A program made the translations under genes and the position numbers. The notes under the pieces were generated by a model. The model was not told the DNA's origin. It saw only the letters and a program-made list of their open reading frames with translations, and made no database searches. 18,546 bases of DNA. Origin: Ginkgo biloba (Eukaryota > Plantae > Ginkgophyta). Positions 10,201 through 18,546 of this stretch are shown here, piece by piece; positions within the stretch are counted from its first letter, which is position 1, and each line of letters opens with the position of its first letter. The stretch spans positions 260,645,063-260,663,608 of the forward strand of contig JANKJI020000002.1 in assembly GCA_024626585.2 (NCBI GenBank). Direction: 5' to 3'.

Positions 10201-13200
10201 NNNNNNNNNNNNNNNNNNNNNNNNNNNNNNNNNNNNNNNNNNNNNNNNNNNNNNNNNNNNNNNNNNNNNNCCAATGTCGATGAACAATTAGTTTCAATGA
10301 AATTTCTTTGCCAACTTTATGTAAAATCGACATTTGGAAAGAATCCTTTCTGTACAACTTAAGGCTTTAGCCAACTATAGGTCCCTTACTTTTCTAAATC
10401 TTTTTAAAAATCATTCTTGTTCGTAGGGCGTTCATCTGTCTTGTTCATATTGTTGCTTACTATCTTGTTGAACAAACGTCGGCTACTTGGCTAGTTCATT
10501 CAACTACCATCCTATTTGTTGCAATGCATTGGACCTATCTGTTTGAGTGTCATTCTAATTATCTGATTGCTATCTTGTCCATTTGGCCATTGGCCCATCC
10601 TTTGCATAACTATTGCTTAGCTCCTCCCTATGACAACTGTTTGGAATTTCCATATTTTAATTTTTCTATGATTGTTTTAAACTTTTAAAAGTGTTTTAGA
10701 GGTATTTATTCCATGAATCATCTAACCTTGCTCTAGCTTCTCTAGCATTGGCTAGTTTCTCTATGTTGCCTTTATTTGCACCATTTGCATTGGCTTTAAT
10801 TGCATCGTTTTCTTTTGTCTTTGCTTTATTTGTACCAATTGTTGATGCCAATAACCCTTGTGATGTCCAATCTTCCATAAACATTTTTGACACTTTGTGC
10901 AAGAAGCTCCTTTAAGATACTTGGGATGATATGTTGGAATATAGCAAGAGCATTGGTCTAGTCAAATGGCATAACTGGCTAGGCATAGGTACAAAATTTC
11001 ATAGCAAAGGTCGCCTTCGATTTGATTCTTCCATGCTATGCTCACATGAATATAAGCATTGAATCCATCTATGAAAGAGTAAACACAATGGCTGGCTACT
11101 TTCTCTATTACATCCTATTGTAAATTGATGTGGAAATGTATCCCCCTTAGAGACTTTGTTCAATCCCTGATTGTCTATGGAAATCATGATATTTCCATGT
11201 TTCCTTTTCCTTAGGACTATTGGACTCACCATCTCCCAATTATGCAATTCGTATATAATAGAACTAACTAACTTGTAATGGTTGAACTATGGATTCATCG
11301 TGCAAGTTCTTGACATATTGGTGTTGTATCTTCATCAAGCTCAATGTTATTTACATGTACTTCAAATGTGATCCTTGAAATCCTTGTAATTTCATGTGAT
11401 TTCATCTCTATATGATTCAGAGAATGCATGTGTTTGTTGGTATGCCCCAATGATTGCCCATTGTTATATGTTTTGGGTGCTCCTCACTTCCCATATATAT
11501 TAGTTGTCTTGAACTCTTTATAGTGAGTTGATTTTCTTGCTTTCGTCAATTTATAGCCAAATTTTTTATGAAATATTCTATCTACATACACCAATATTGT
11601 AAATGATGCTGCAATGGAGTGATATTGGTTTGGTTCTTCTTCCTTTCTCCAAATTTGCTTTAGTAGGTGGCTCAAGCCTATCTCCATCCTCTGGGTATGA
11701 GCTAAAATGGATTGTGCACAAAANNNNNNNNNNNNNNNNNNNNNNNNNNNNNNNNNNNNNNNNNNNNNNNNNNNNNNNNNNNNNNNNNNNNNNNNNNNNN
11801 NNNNNNNNNNNNNNNNNNNNNNNTGGCAATGTGCCTTATTGCTTGGTTTGTTTCTCCTTTTATCATCTAGATTGAAGATGCTTCTTCTGTATATGGATTG
11901 AGAAAATCTGCATCTTGATGCTTTTTACCTTAACTGCAGTCAAGTTGTTGATCAATGTGATGGATTTCTTCATCATCCTTCAGGTCCCACTTGGTTCTGA
12001 ACTGACTCCAAACTAATTGGAGCTTTTGTTCTTGATTTGATATTTTTGAAAAGTTTCATTTTCATAGTTAGTTGGTTTGCCTTATACACACATTGAATTT
12101 CCACTATTCTTTTAAAGTGGCTATTCTTTCCACCAATTCCCCCAGTCCAAGCAAAAGAGATATCTTACACCTTAGGTATTCTTGCCATATTTCTTGTAAA
12201 TTGGGTCGTGACTTGTATTTTGGTAATGGACATTCCAGGATTGACCACCTCTTCCACCTTGTCCATAACCATTTCCATCCCTGTTTTGTGGATTATAATG
12301 ACAGTCCTTTGTTTTGCTCGTCTCCATCAATCCAATATCATATCATCAGTTGGAGCTTTATGCTAATTTGGGATACATTACAAATATGACTTTGGAATTT
12401 ACACAGAGGAGGCAGTGCTGTCTTCTCTTGGCATTGCTTGCTGCTTGATGCCACAGTTAGCCTCCAGACTCACTCAGATGCATTCAATTTCAGAGCTCAT
12501 TCTTTCTTCTTTGGGTATATGGCTCTTGACGAAGATATCATCTTCCAATCTTTGATATTACTCACATTTTCTCTCATTCCTTTCAAGTTTTCTCAGATAT
12601 TCTGGTTATTATAATGATCACCTCTTCTATCTTTCTTCCTCAAATGCTTTTGAAAATGGAGAGGAGCCTAATGAGAGAGTCACATTTGGTTCCAATGTGT
12701 ACTTCAGTGGTCTGCCACCAGTCTGAAATTCAAATGTTATCTTTTGTTTTGTACATTACGTAGGCATCTCTAACTGTAGGAAACAGATAATAAATCAAAA
12801 CTTAAATGATTGAGGATGTTCCTGTAATGACCCTACAACAATGATCATAAAGAAACCACGACAAGATAACAACAGAATGCAAAAGGATGCANNNNNNNNN
12901 NNNNNNNNNNNNNNNNNNNNNNNNNNNNNNNNNNNNNNNNNNNNNNNNNNNNNNNNNNNNNNNNNNNNNNNNNNNNNNNNNNNNNNNNNNNTTAGAGATA
13001 TGGAAAAAAGTATGCTTGCTGCTACTCTGAAGAGATGCCCTTTTCCACAGGCATCTTAATGTGTTTTTCTTTCCTTTAATAATACAATTATGTGGAATTT
13101 CAAAAGGAACTTGCTAGGTAGTGTATATTTTTGCTGTTAGGCAGTATGATTTTTTTGCGTACTTTTCCTCATTGTAAGCTTATGGGCTTAGTTATGAATC

Positions 13201-16200
13201 TGTTGATCATAAAGGTACCTTGTAAATAATCTTTTCTATTTTTCATTAATTTCTACTTTTTGTGTAGATGGGTAGATAATCACTACAGATGGATAGTCTG
13301 GAAGCTGGCATGTATTGAGAGAAGCTATGCACGGCAAGCTGGTGGGAAATATCTGACTGTGCAGAATGTTCTTGAGGAATTAAAATACAGGTACAGTTTT
13401 GTTTAAGTACAAAATGAATCTCTTCTATCTTGGGCATAGCATATGAGCTATTTCTGCAAACTTCTTAAATGGTTGCAGTTTGCCTACTCTAGATATGAAA
13501 GAGAAGTTAACCGTGGTCATCGTTCCCCACTNNNNNNNNNNAAAAAAATTCTCGAAGGGGATGCAGCAGCTGCTCGCATGATGGTTGTGTGTGTTTCAGC
13601 TGTTCGTGTCTGGCCCACAAAAGAACTTCAGGAAGTATCTTTTGTGGAGGGGCCAAAGGAGGTATCTAAGGAGTCAGAAAATGTCATTGGCAGTGACATC
13701 CAAAAGGCTTCTAGTGCTCATATGGCCAAGATCGAAATTACAGATGGATGGTATGCATTCTGTGCTGCTTGATATAACTCCAATGAGTCAGAACATTCAT
13801 AAACTTTTTATTTTGGCATGAGTTATGAACCTGGTGCTTGCTTATTCCAGGTACTGTCTAAATGCTGTTTTGGATGAAGCCCTTTCCAAACAACTCCTTG
13901 CCGGTAAATTATTTGTCGGACAAAAACTTCGGGTACACTGCTTGAGCCTTTTGGATTATTGCATTAGAAGACTGCTCCTGCAGTGCTACCTTCTTGAGTT
14001 AGAATTTAGAATTTTCTTATTAATGCTGTTCTCTTTTGTTTTAGATTTGTGGAGCAAGTTTGCATGGCTGGGTTGGACCACTGCCTCCTTTGGAGGTAAA
14101 GGAGAAGCATCATAATCCTGACAGATCTGAGAAGAGATTTCTTTTTTGCAAAGCTTGAATGAAAATAACTGGTTTATGTATAGCTTATGTGATGTGTTTT
14201 GATTGCAGGCATTTCGAACAGTCACATTGGTGCTGCGCATTAATGGAACCTACAGGGCTCACTGGGCAGAACGCTTGAGCTTTTGTATGTTCTTTTTAGT
14301 GCAGATTAAATTTCAGATTTCGAGTTAATGATTCATACTTGTTGATACCTTTATTGCATGATTTAGATTCTTTAGGATTTGTGTCTAGGTAGAGGCCTTC
14401 CAGTCCCATTAGCTTTCAGATGCATCAAAGAGGGTGGGGGTCCAGTTCCTAGGACATTGGTTGGAGTGACACGACTTTACCCAATTCTTTATAAGGAGAG
14501 GTCTGACAAATAAATACTCTTATGACTCCCTTTCAGGGACCTTGCTTTAACATGATCTTAAGTATTGTTTTGCAGAAGAAGTCAATTTTAAAAATATTGA
14601 ATTTCCCATATGAGAATTAGTGTTGGTTGTCCTTCAGGCTTGCAAACCAAGGTTTTATTATCAGGTCGGAGCGAGCTGAAGACAAGACATTGCATCTCTA
14701 CAATGAAAGGTGCTTGCTTTGCTTCCAATTTTGTTGAGAAATTATATCATTATTTCTTTTATCAGTTACTATGAAGAATCAGCAGGCTAAATTTTGGATG
14801 ATATTTGAGATTTGTTACTTTTCCGAAGTTCATGCACAAATGTTGCATCCCTTTCATTTTGATCAGAAACATGCACTGCAAATTTTGATTGAAACTGAAC
14901 TGTACGAAACTGCTGTTGCCATTCTTAACTCTTAAATACTGTTTATTGTGTCTCTCTCACAATTTCTCTACTATGCAAGTTAGTAAATTCAACTTATCAA
15001 GAAACAGATATGGGGACGGATATATTAGATGTGTAATTTAAAATTTTTAATTGATATGTAAATGTAAAGTTTGTAATGCCCCAAATGGGGAATTACTAAA
15101 TAAATAAATAAATAANNNNNNNNNNNNNNNNNNNNNNNNNNNNNNNNNNNNNNNNNNNNNNNNNNNNNNNNNNNNNNNNNNNNNNNNNNNNNNNNNNNNN
15201 NNNNNNNNNNNNNNNTAAAACTCCAACACAAAGGGCACAAGCACCTTGTTCATGCTCAGGGTATTGTTTTTACTTCAAATCGTTTCTTTTAATGTACTCT
15301 TCCAATGGTCCTTGCGGTCCTTGTTGAATTTGTGAATCCTCTCTCTTAGTTCTTACTCATAGTTGAAGGGTTAGCATTTCTGTAGAGCAAGAGATTCTAA
15401 TTCTATGCATTTACTAATGGTATTCTTGGGGATACCCTTGAGCCACAGACTTACTATATCTTTCCACGTTAGAGGAAAACATTTTAATTTTTGTTGATCA
15501 CCTCGATAATCATTACTGCTGTGGTATCAAAAATTCATATAAATGATCATCAAGGCTTTTGTTTTGTTGTCCATAAAAGATGGGTGAGCCACCTGTCACT
15601 CCTCTCATCATATTTTCTTCTAGTCCCTTGTACTTCATTGGAAAAGATCCCATCTTCTGCGAGGATGTCGCATCCTTTTTTATGAACTGAGGGTAATTCT
15701 TGTTTCCCTTCAAACTTGACTCTTTCATTTAGATTGCCTTTCCCTTTTACAGGGTTCTCGTAGACCTTTCTTCCTTTGACTTGAACAAGGCTCATTGTTT
15801 CCCCCAACTTCAAAATTCACAGTTCCTATTGCTTCTAGGCAATGATGCCAAAATGTTGAGCTTTCCCTTGGAAGGTAATCCTCACTTGTCAAATTCGAGG
15901 TCTGTCAAGCACCTTGAAGAGGGAAGGAACAGGAAGGCAGTTGGAATGCTTCGTTAACTTGGAAGAACCAAGAACAAACGAAATTGTGAAAATGCCTTCT
16001 CTATTAACTGGTTGTTTGTAATTGTTATTAGAAGTAAGAATGAATGTTGAATCTAAGTAATTACTAGCACTAAATTACTATTCTTAATAAAGGTCAAAGT
16101 TGTATTTACACTATCCATCTCTGAGAAAGACTGATGACCCTATACCCAGGGCTTATTGGTAGTTATTTGTAGAAGTGACCAATGTACAACCTAACTCTTT

Positions 16201-18546
16201 AATGTTCCATAATAAGACAAATTATTATATCCATAAAGGAATTGATTAGCCATGGTTTGTGTACAGTATAGGCTTGTAGGGTGTTGCTAGGCAATATCAA
16301 CTCTGTTTATGGTTTAAGGAGTTTGTGTCTAGGTATGCTAGCAGGGTTTGAGAATATCCATCGTGAGATAATATCCATCAATGGCTTACACCTGAAGTTT
16401 GTAGCGATTTTTAATCCAGCTTAGATGTAGTGAGCATAAGCTATTTGTTCCATATCTAAGATAGCACGATCCTGTTAAGATTTCAATTACAAAGAACGAC
16501 GTGGTAATCTTAAGAATAATCAATGTCAAACTAGACCAAGTTTTGTTAATCGATAGATGTTGGAGTTATGCGCTTCCTTCTTCTCGTCAATTCTCATCGC
16601 ATGGAGACACATCTAATCTTGTAGAAAATTTTTCAGGCGATACTTAGGATGGGACATCTTACTACCTATCCTCACATTTGAATGCAATTGGAAATTAAGC
16701 AAAAGAGTATAACCAAATCTGCCAGGTAACCAAGAACTTGTTCCTTTCATTATTAGAAATGTTATGATCCTAATTGATAAACCATAATGTAAAGCATGTA
16801 CATTATTTTTATTCACTTTATTTTACTTAAGGTTCAATAGTTCATCAAAGTGCAATTTAGTTAGATGCATTTTTTGTGTTTCCACCTAAAAGGGTTATCC
16901 CACATGTGTAAAGGTGAAAACTTGCTTTGTAATTTTCACTTATAAATACGTGAGTCCTTTTTTATGAATACAACAAGCATTTGAAGTTGGTTCTCCATTA
17001 GGGTTTTGCACTTGCTGAGCACCAATTTGCCTCTTTGCAATTTCTCTCACCCAACTCATTCCGTTCAATCAGGTGTTTATGTGTGCCTCTCACCCGAGAG
17101 CTCACACCAATTGGTTAGATCTAGGGTTTTAAAATCCACTCTCTTAAAATCACTCGCAACAATAGTGGTTTCAAGCCAGGATTTTTATAAATCAGGTGGT
17201 TTCATCTATTTCAAATCGATTTCTTCAGTTTCATTGGCTCTCTAGTTTTATGTTGAACAGTTCCTCTCTCCTTAGCAGTTTTGAGTAGGTTTAAGATGGT
17301 TTTCCCTTTTCAGTTGGACATTTTCTACTTTGACCCAATTTTTCCTCCCTGGGGCGGTTTCCTCCAGTTTTCTTCTGTTGGGTGGCGATCTTGTTCGGTT
17401 TTCTCCAAGTGATTTCCTTTTATTGGACGACCCTCCTCCTCNNNNNNNNNNNNNNNNNNNNNNNNNNNNNNNNNNNNNNNNNNNNNNNNNNNNNNNNNNN
17501 NNNNNNNNNNNNNNNNNNNNNNNNNNNNNNNNNNNNNNNNNGGGACACGCTCCAGTCCCTTGCGTCCCCCCGTCCCCGCGCACCCATGCAACCTTGGTTT
17601 ATAATAACATGCTCAAATTCTCATTGATTGATGCAATTGCCTCCAAATGGCAGTATATAAATACATTACAAAAGGAGGAGCTGCAAAAGAGATGTAATCT
17701 TCCACCCTAACAGTCATACTTTTTCATTTATACACGCACACTTTTTCATTACAACTTGTACAAGATTAACAATTGCTTAGTCGGTTGCTTGGCTTAACAA
17801 CCGGAGAACAACTGCTGCAACTGATGTACCACGATTGCAACCCGCAAACAGCTGCTGCAACCGGCAAGCAGCTCTTGCAAATGATGAACATGTCTGCCAT
17901 CCTACTGCAATCGACCGTACCAGTTTGCAACCGACCATGTATTGTTGTAATCTACTTCTTCTCATGCAACCAATTTCTAGTGTACAAAATATCAGGCATT
18001 CAATAACGATAAGAAAGACAAACTCCATGAAAAACAAAATCCTTAACCTAATGATTTTGACAATCCCAAGTGCCATTCCCTGTTTTTTGTAATTTGAAAA
18101 CTGCCATTTTGGAAATGTGTTTTATTTGGAAACTTGTATCCATTTCCAGTTTTTATGCAAACTTGTTTGGTTTCTATGACAAAATTATTCCAATTATTTA
18201 CTGTGTATTTGTATGTATAGTCTTCTGCCTCCATCAACTTAAACCACATAACTTTTTTTTGTTGTCTGTTCATTTTGTCAAATTGCAATTACATTAAGAC
18301 TAACTATAAATTCCTATGTGTGACCACCATCCTTACCTTGATCTGGTATGTTGTGACTTGAACTAGAATATGTGGTTGTCTTTGGACCTTCTGATTCACT
18401 GTTTAACCTGTTGCTTCAGGCGTGCACATATTGTGGAGGATGTTGTACTGAAATCAGAGAAAGAAAATTTTTGCCTTACACATGCGTCAAACAAGGATAG
18501 GGATGAAGGAGCACGGCTTTATAGTGTTCTTGAAAATGCTGCAGAA
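255..18546 (+). CDS. BRCA2: BRCA2 (plant BRCA2 homologous-recombination mediator), partial multi-exon gene: join(255..1205,1318..1376,1505..1623,1741..1901,13268..13390,13493..13750,13851..13932,14045..14095,14209..14284,14389..14500,14638..14709,18420..>18546); 5' and 3' ends outside window
   Basis: The spliced translation gives BRC repeats ([24 protein letters not shown]), then [125 protein letters not shown] and [14 protein letters not shown]. These are collinear with the BRCA2 helical/OB1/OB2-Tower domains as I recall them from plant orthologues. All junctions are GT-AG with matching phases. Confidence 0.97.
339..416 (+). repeat. BRC repeat (RAD51/DMC1-binding) copy A: [26 protein letters not shown]
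   Basis: FxxA motif followed by the hairpin/helix pattern typical of BRC repeats; near-duplicate of copy B 189 nt downstream. Confidence 0.92.
528..602 (+). repeat. BRC repeat copy B: [25 protein letters not shown]
   Basis: FxTAxGxSV motif with an LLGE acidic/hydrophobic end (LFDE-equivalent module). Confidence 0.94.
1318..1376 (+). CDS. BRCA2: BRCA2 exon (R)[19 protein letters not shown]
   Basis: Acceptor TGCAG|G at 1316-1317 completes the phase-2 Arg codon. Donor is CTG|GTAATG at 1377, with an alternative same-phase donor at 1368. Confidence 0.72.
1505..1623 (+). CDS. BRCA2: BRCA2 exon (V)[39 protein letters not shown]
   Basis: Contains the YP...R..MQEYFG.PP motif of plant BRCA2; donor GCG|GTACAG at 1624. 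The acceptor TAG at 1503-1504 was chosen because it is the one in phase with the 1377 donor. Confidence 0.75.
1741..1901 (+). CDS. BRCA2: BRCA2 exon, start of helical domain: [21 protein letters not shown]...[14 protein letters not shown](E)
   Basis: Acceptor GCACAG|TTA at 1739-1740. The strong donor GA|GTAAGT at 1902 (phase 2) joins to A TGG GTA GAT at 13268. Confidence 0.92.
3374..3527 (+). mobile_element. Ty3/gypsy (chromovirus-like) reverse transcriptase fragment, truncated by gap
   Basis: [51 protein letters not shown] matches the canonical Ty3 RT block LDEL.G...[36 protein letters not shown]. Confidence 0.93.
3628..4654 (-). mobile_element. LTR retrotransposon 5' part on minus strand: partial LTR (4253 to ~4650), PBS (4239-4250), leader (3628-4238)
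   Basis: GCTTTGATACCA at 4239-4250 reads TGGTATCAAAGC (tRNA-iMet PBS) on the minus strand, 2 nt from an LTR end (TG at 4253 = CA on minus). The LTR shares blocks with the 5335-5660 LTR, and the leader carries AAACCCTA motifs. Confidence 0.75.
5335..5660 (+). mobile_element. Complete 326-bp 5' LTR (TG...CA)
   Basis: 9-bp terminal inverted repeats TGTGAAAAC (5335-5343) / GTTTTCACA (5652-5660), a TATA-like TTTAAATAGACCCC at 5523, and a PBS 2 nt downstream. Confidence 0.85.
5663..5673 (+). promoter_or_regulatory. Primer-binding site complementary to tRNA-iMet 3' end
   Basis: TGGTATCAGAG immediately after ...TTTTCACA-TT. Confidence 0.88.
6330..8805 (+). mobile_element. Decayed Ty1/copia retrotransposon: leader, gag (ATG 7356), CCHC knuckle, protease, GAG-pre-integrase; pseudogenised
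   Basis: Gag start [25 protein letters not shown]; [14 protein letters not shown] at 8106-8147; protease [11 protein letters not shown] at 8265-8297; then [46 protein letters not shown] and [16 protein letters not shown]-to-IN order is copia-type. Multiple stops and frameshifts. Confidence 0.93.
9560..9790 (-). mobile_element. Degenerate Ty3/gypsy-like gag fragment
   Basis: The minus-strand translation [16 protein letters not shown]...NPT*DEI*ALFLDNF...[17 protein letters not shown] resembles the Retrotrans_gag pattern (TW.E....FL..F ... L.Q..GES...Y..R); many stops. Confidence 0.5.
9930..9947. repeat. (ATT)6 microsatellite
   Basis: attattattattattatt at 9930-9947. Confidence 0.85.
10860..11723 (-). 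mobile_element. Degenerate Ty3/gypsy (non-chromovirus, Athila/Tat-like) pol fragment: pre-RT linker and RT N-terminal half
   Basis: Across frameshifts the minus strand reads [66 protein letters not shown] and MFMEDW. These match SPIV.V.KK.G..R.C.DY..LN..T..D.FP, YSF.DG.SGY, VMPFGL.NAPA.FQ and the xxDD motif. Confidence 0.82.
13268..13390 (+). CDS. BRCA2: BRCA2 helical-domain exon [40 protein letters not shown](R)
   Basis: Hallmark [11 protein letters not shown] motif; acceptor GTGTAG|A at 13266-13267, donor AG|GTACAG at 13391. Confidence 0.97.
13493..13750 (+). CDS. BRCA2: BRCA2 exon [32 protein letters not shown]...KIEITDG(W) (helical end/OB1; 10-N gap 13532-13541)
   Basis: Acceptor TCTAG|A at 13491-13492; donor TG|GTATGC at 13751; conserved YEREV, ILEGD and EITDGWY. 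Confidence 0.96.
13851..13932 (+). CDS. BRCA2: BRCA2 OB1 exon [27 protein letters not shown]
   Basis: Acceptor TCCAG|G at 13849-13850; donor CGG|GTACAC at 13933; GKLFVGQKL motif. Confidence 0.96.
14045..14095 (+). CDS. BRCA2: BRCA2 OB1 exon [17 protein letters not shown]
   Basis: Acceptor TTTAG|ATT at 14043-14044; donor GAG|GTAAAG at 14096; GA.L.GW..P..PLE motif. Confidence 0.95.
14209..14284 (+). CDS. BRCA2: BRCA2 OB1 exon [25 protein letters not shown]
   Basis: Acceptor TGCAG|GCA at 14207-14208; donor T|GTATGT at 14285; INGTYRAHW motif. Confidence 0.96.
14389..14500 (+). CDS. BRCA2: BRCA2 exon (C)[36 protein letters not shown](R)
   Basis: Acceptor TCTAG|GT at 14387-14388; donor AG|GTCTGA at 14501; PLAF.CIK..GGPVP and R.YP.LYKER motifs (OB1/OB2 boundary). 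Confidence 0.95.
14638..14709 (+). CDS. BRCA2: BRCA2 exon [23 protein letters not shown](R) (OB2/Tower start)
   Basis: Acceptor TTCAG|G at 14636-14637; donor AG|GTGCTT at 14710; RSER.E motif. Confidence 0.93.
15097..15115. repeat. (TAAA)n microsatellite abutting a gap
   Basis: taaataaataaataaataa directly before the N-run at 15116. Confidence 0.85.
15216..15620 (-). mobile_element. Degenerate Ty3/gypsy gag fragment
   Basis: The minus strand reads [19 protein letters not shown]...[34 protein letters not shown]...[17 protein letters not shown], the typical gag pattern P.F.G.....HL.EF...FP..L.D.A..WL..LP..SI..W.EL...FL.K. Confidence 0.72.
17542..17596. mobile_element. Probable terminus of a non-autonomous DNA transposon/MITE (GC-rich GTCCCC subterminal repeats ending CCATGCAACCTTG)
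   Basis: An abrupt GC-rich island after the gap has GGGACAC, GTCCC, GTCCCCC and GTCCCC motifs, then switches sharply to AT-rich sequence. The other end is not visible. Confidence 0.35.
17781..17972 (+). repeat. Degenerate ~20-bp-period tandem array with conserved TGCAA(CCG) core
   Basis: Cores end at 17800 (AACAA), 17820, 17840, 17860, 17880, 17910, 17930, 17950 (TGTAA) and 17969. Confidence 0.75.
18420..18546 (+). CDS. BRCA2: BRCA2 Tower-region exon [42 protein letters not shown] (runs off window)
   Basis: Acceptor CTTCAG|G at 18418-18419 is in the right phase to complete the Arg codon; EGA....LE.AAE motif of plant BRCA2. Confidence 0.92.

Larger units (their letters stand above)
1902..13267 (+). 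other. Giant BRCA2 intron (11,366 nt as assembled, containing seven 100-N gaps and one 63-N gap) filled with retrotransposon fragments
   Basis: GTAAGT...GTGTAG boundaries join contiguous protein sequence (…[13 protein letters not shown]…). Confidence 0.92.
14710..18419 (+). other. Large BRCA2 intron (3,710 nt as assembled, two 100-N gaps) with TE remnants
   Basis: GTGCTT...CTTCAG boundaries join …LYNE-R-RAHIVE… in frame. Confidence 0.9.

Noticed and set aside
15523-15533. TGGTATCAAAA as another PBS
   Set aside because: It is not preceded by an LTR-ending CA and lies within the minus-strand gag reading frame (EFLIPQ).
17781-17972. CRISPR-like repeat/spacer array
   Set aside because: The core is only 5-8 bp and the period 20 bp, the spacers are mutually related, the context is a eukaryotic intron, and no cas genes are present.
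1948-18297. Numerous 60-120 aa ORFs in the ORF track, many spanning N-runs
   Set aside because: They are intronic or TE-derived chance ORFs, or artificially extended through gaps, with no recognisable domains beyond those annotated.

Overview
Eukaryotic land-plant genomic DNA from a gapped draft scaffold (12 N-gaps). The large TE-filled introns suggest a large-genome lineage such as a fern or gymnosperm, but the taxon cannot be fixed from sequence alone. The window is an internal part of a + strand BRCA2 gene. I could reconstruct 12 GT-AG exons with consistent phases. They encode two BRC repeats, a basic FxxP/NLS-like segment, the helical domain ([14 protein letters not shown]...[11 protein letters not shown]), OB1 ([26 protein letters not shown]) and the start of OB2/Tower. 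The start and stop codons lie outside the window. Nine introns are 100-137 nt. Two are giant (>=11.4 kb and >=3.7 kb as assembled) and are filled with decayed LTR retrotransposons: two related LTR+PBS units in opposite orientation, a Ty1/copia gag-PR-pre-IN body, and several Ty3/gypsy RT and gag fragments. I see no clearly novel biological system. The least-explained signals are a tandem array of LTR-end/PBS junctions just upstream of the BRC exon, a palindrome conserved between two diverged LTRs, and a 20-bp-phased TGCAA array near the 3' end.
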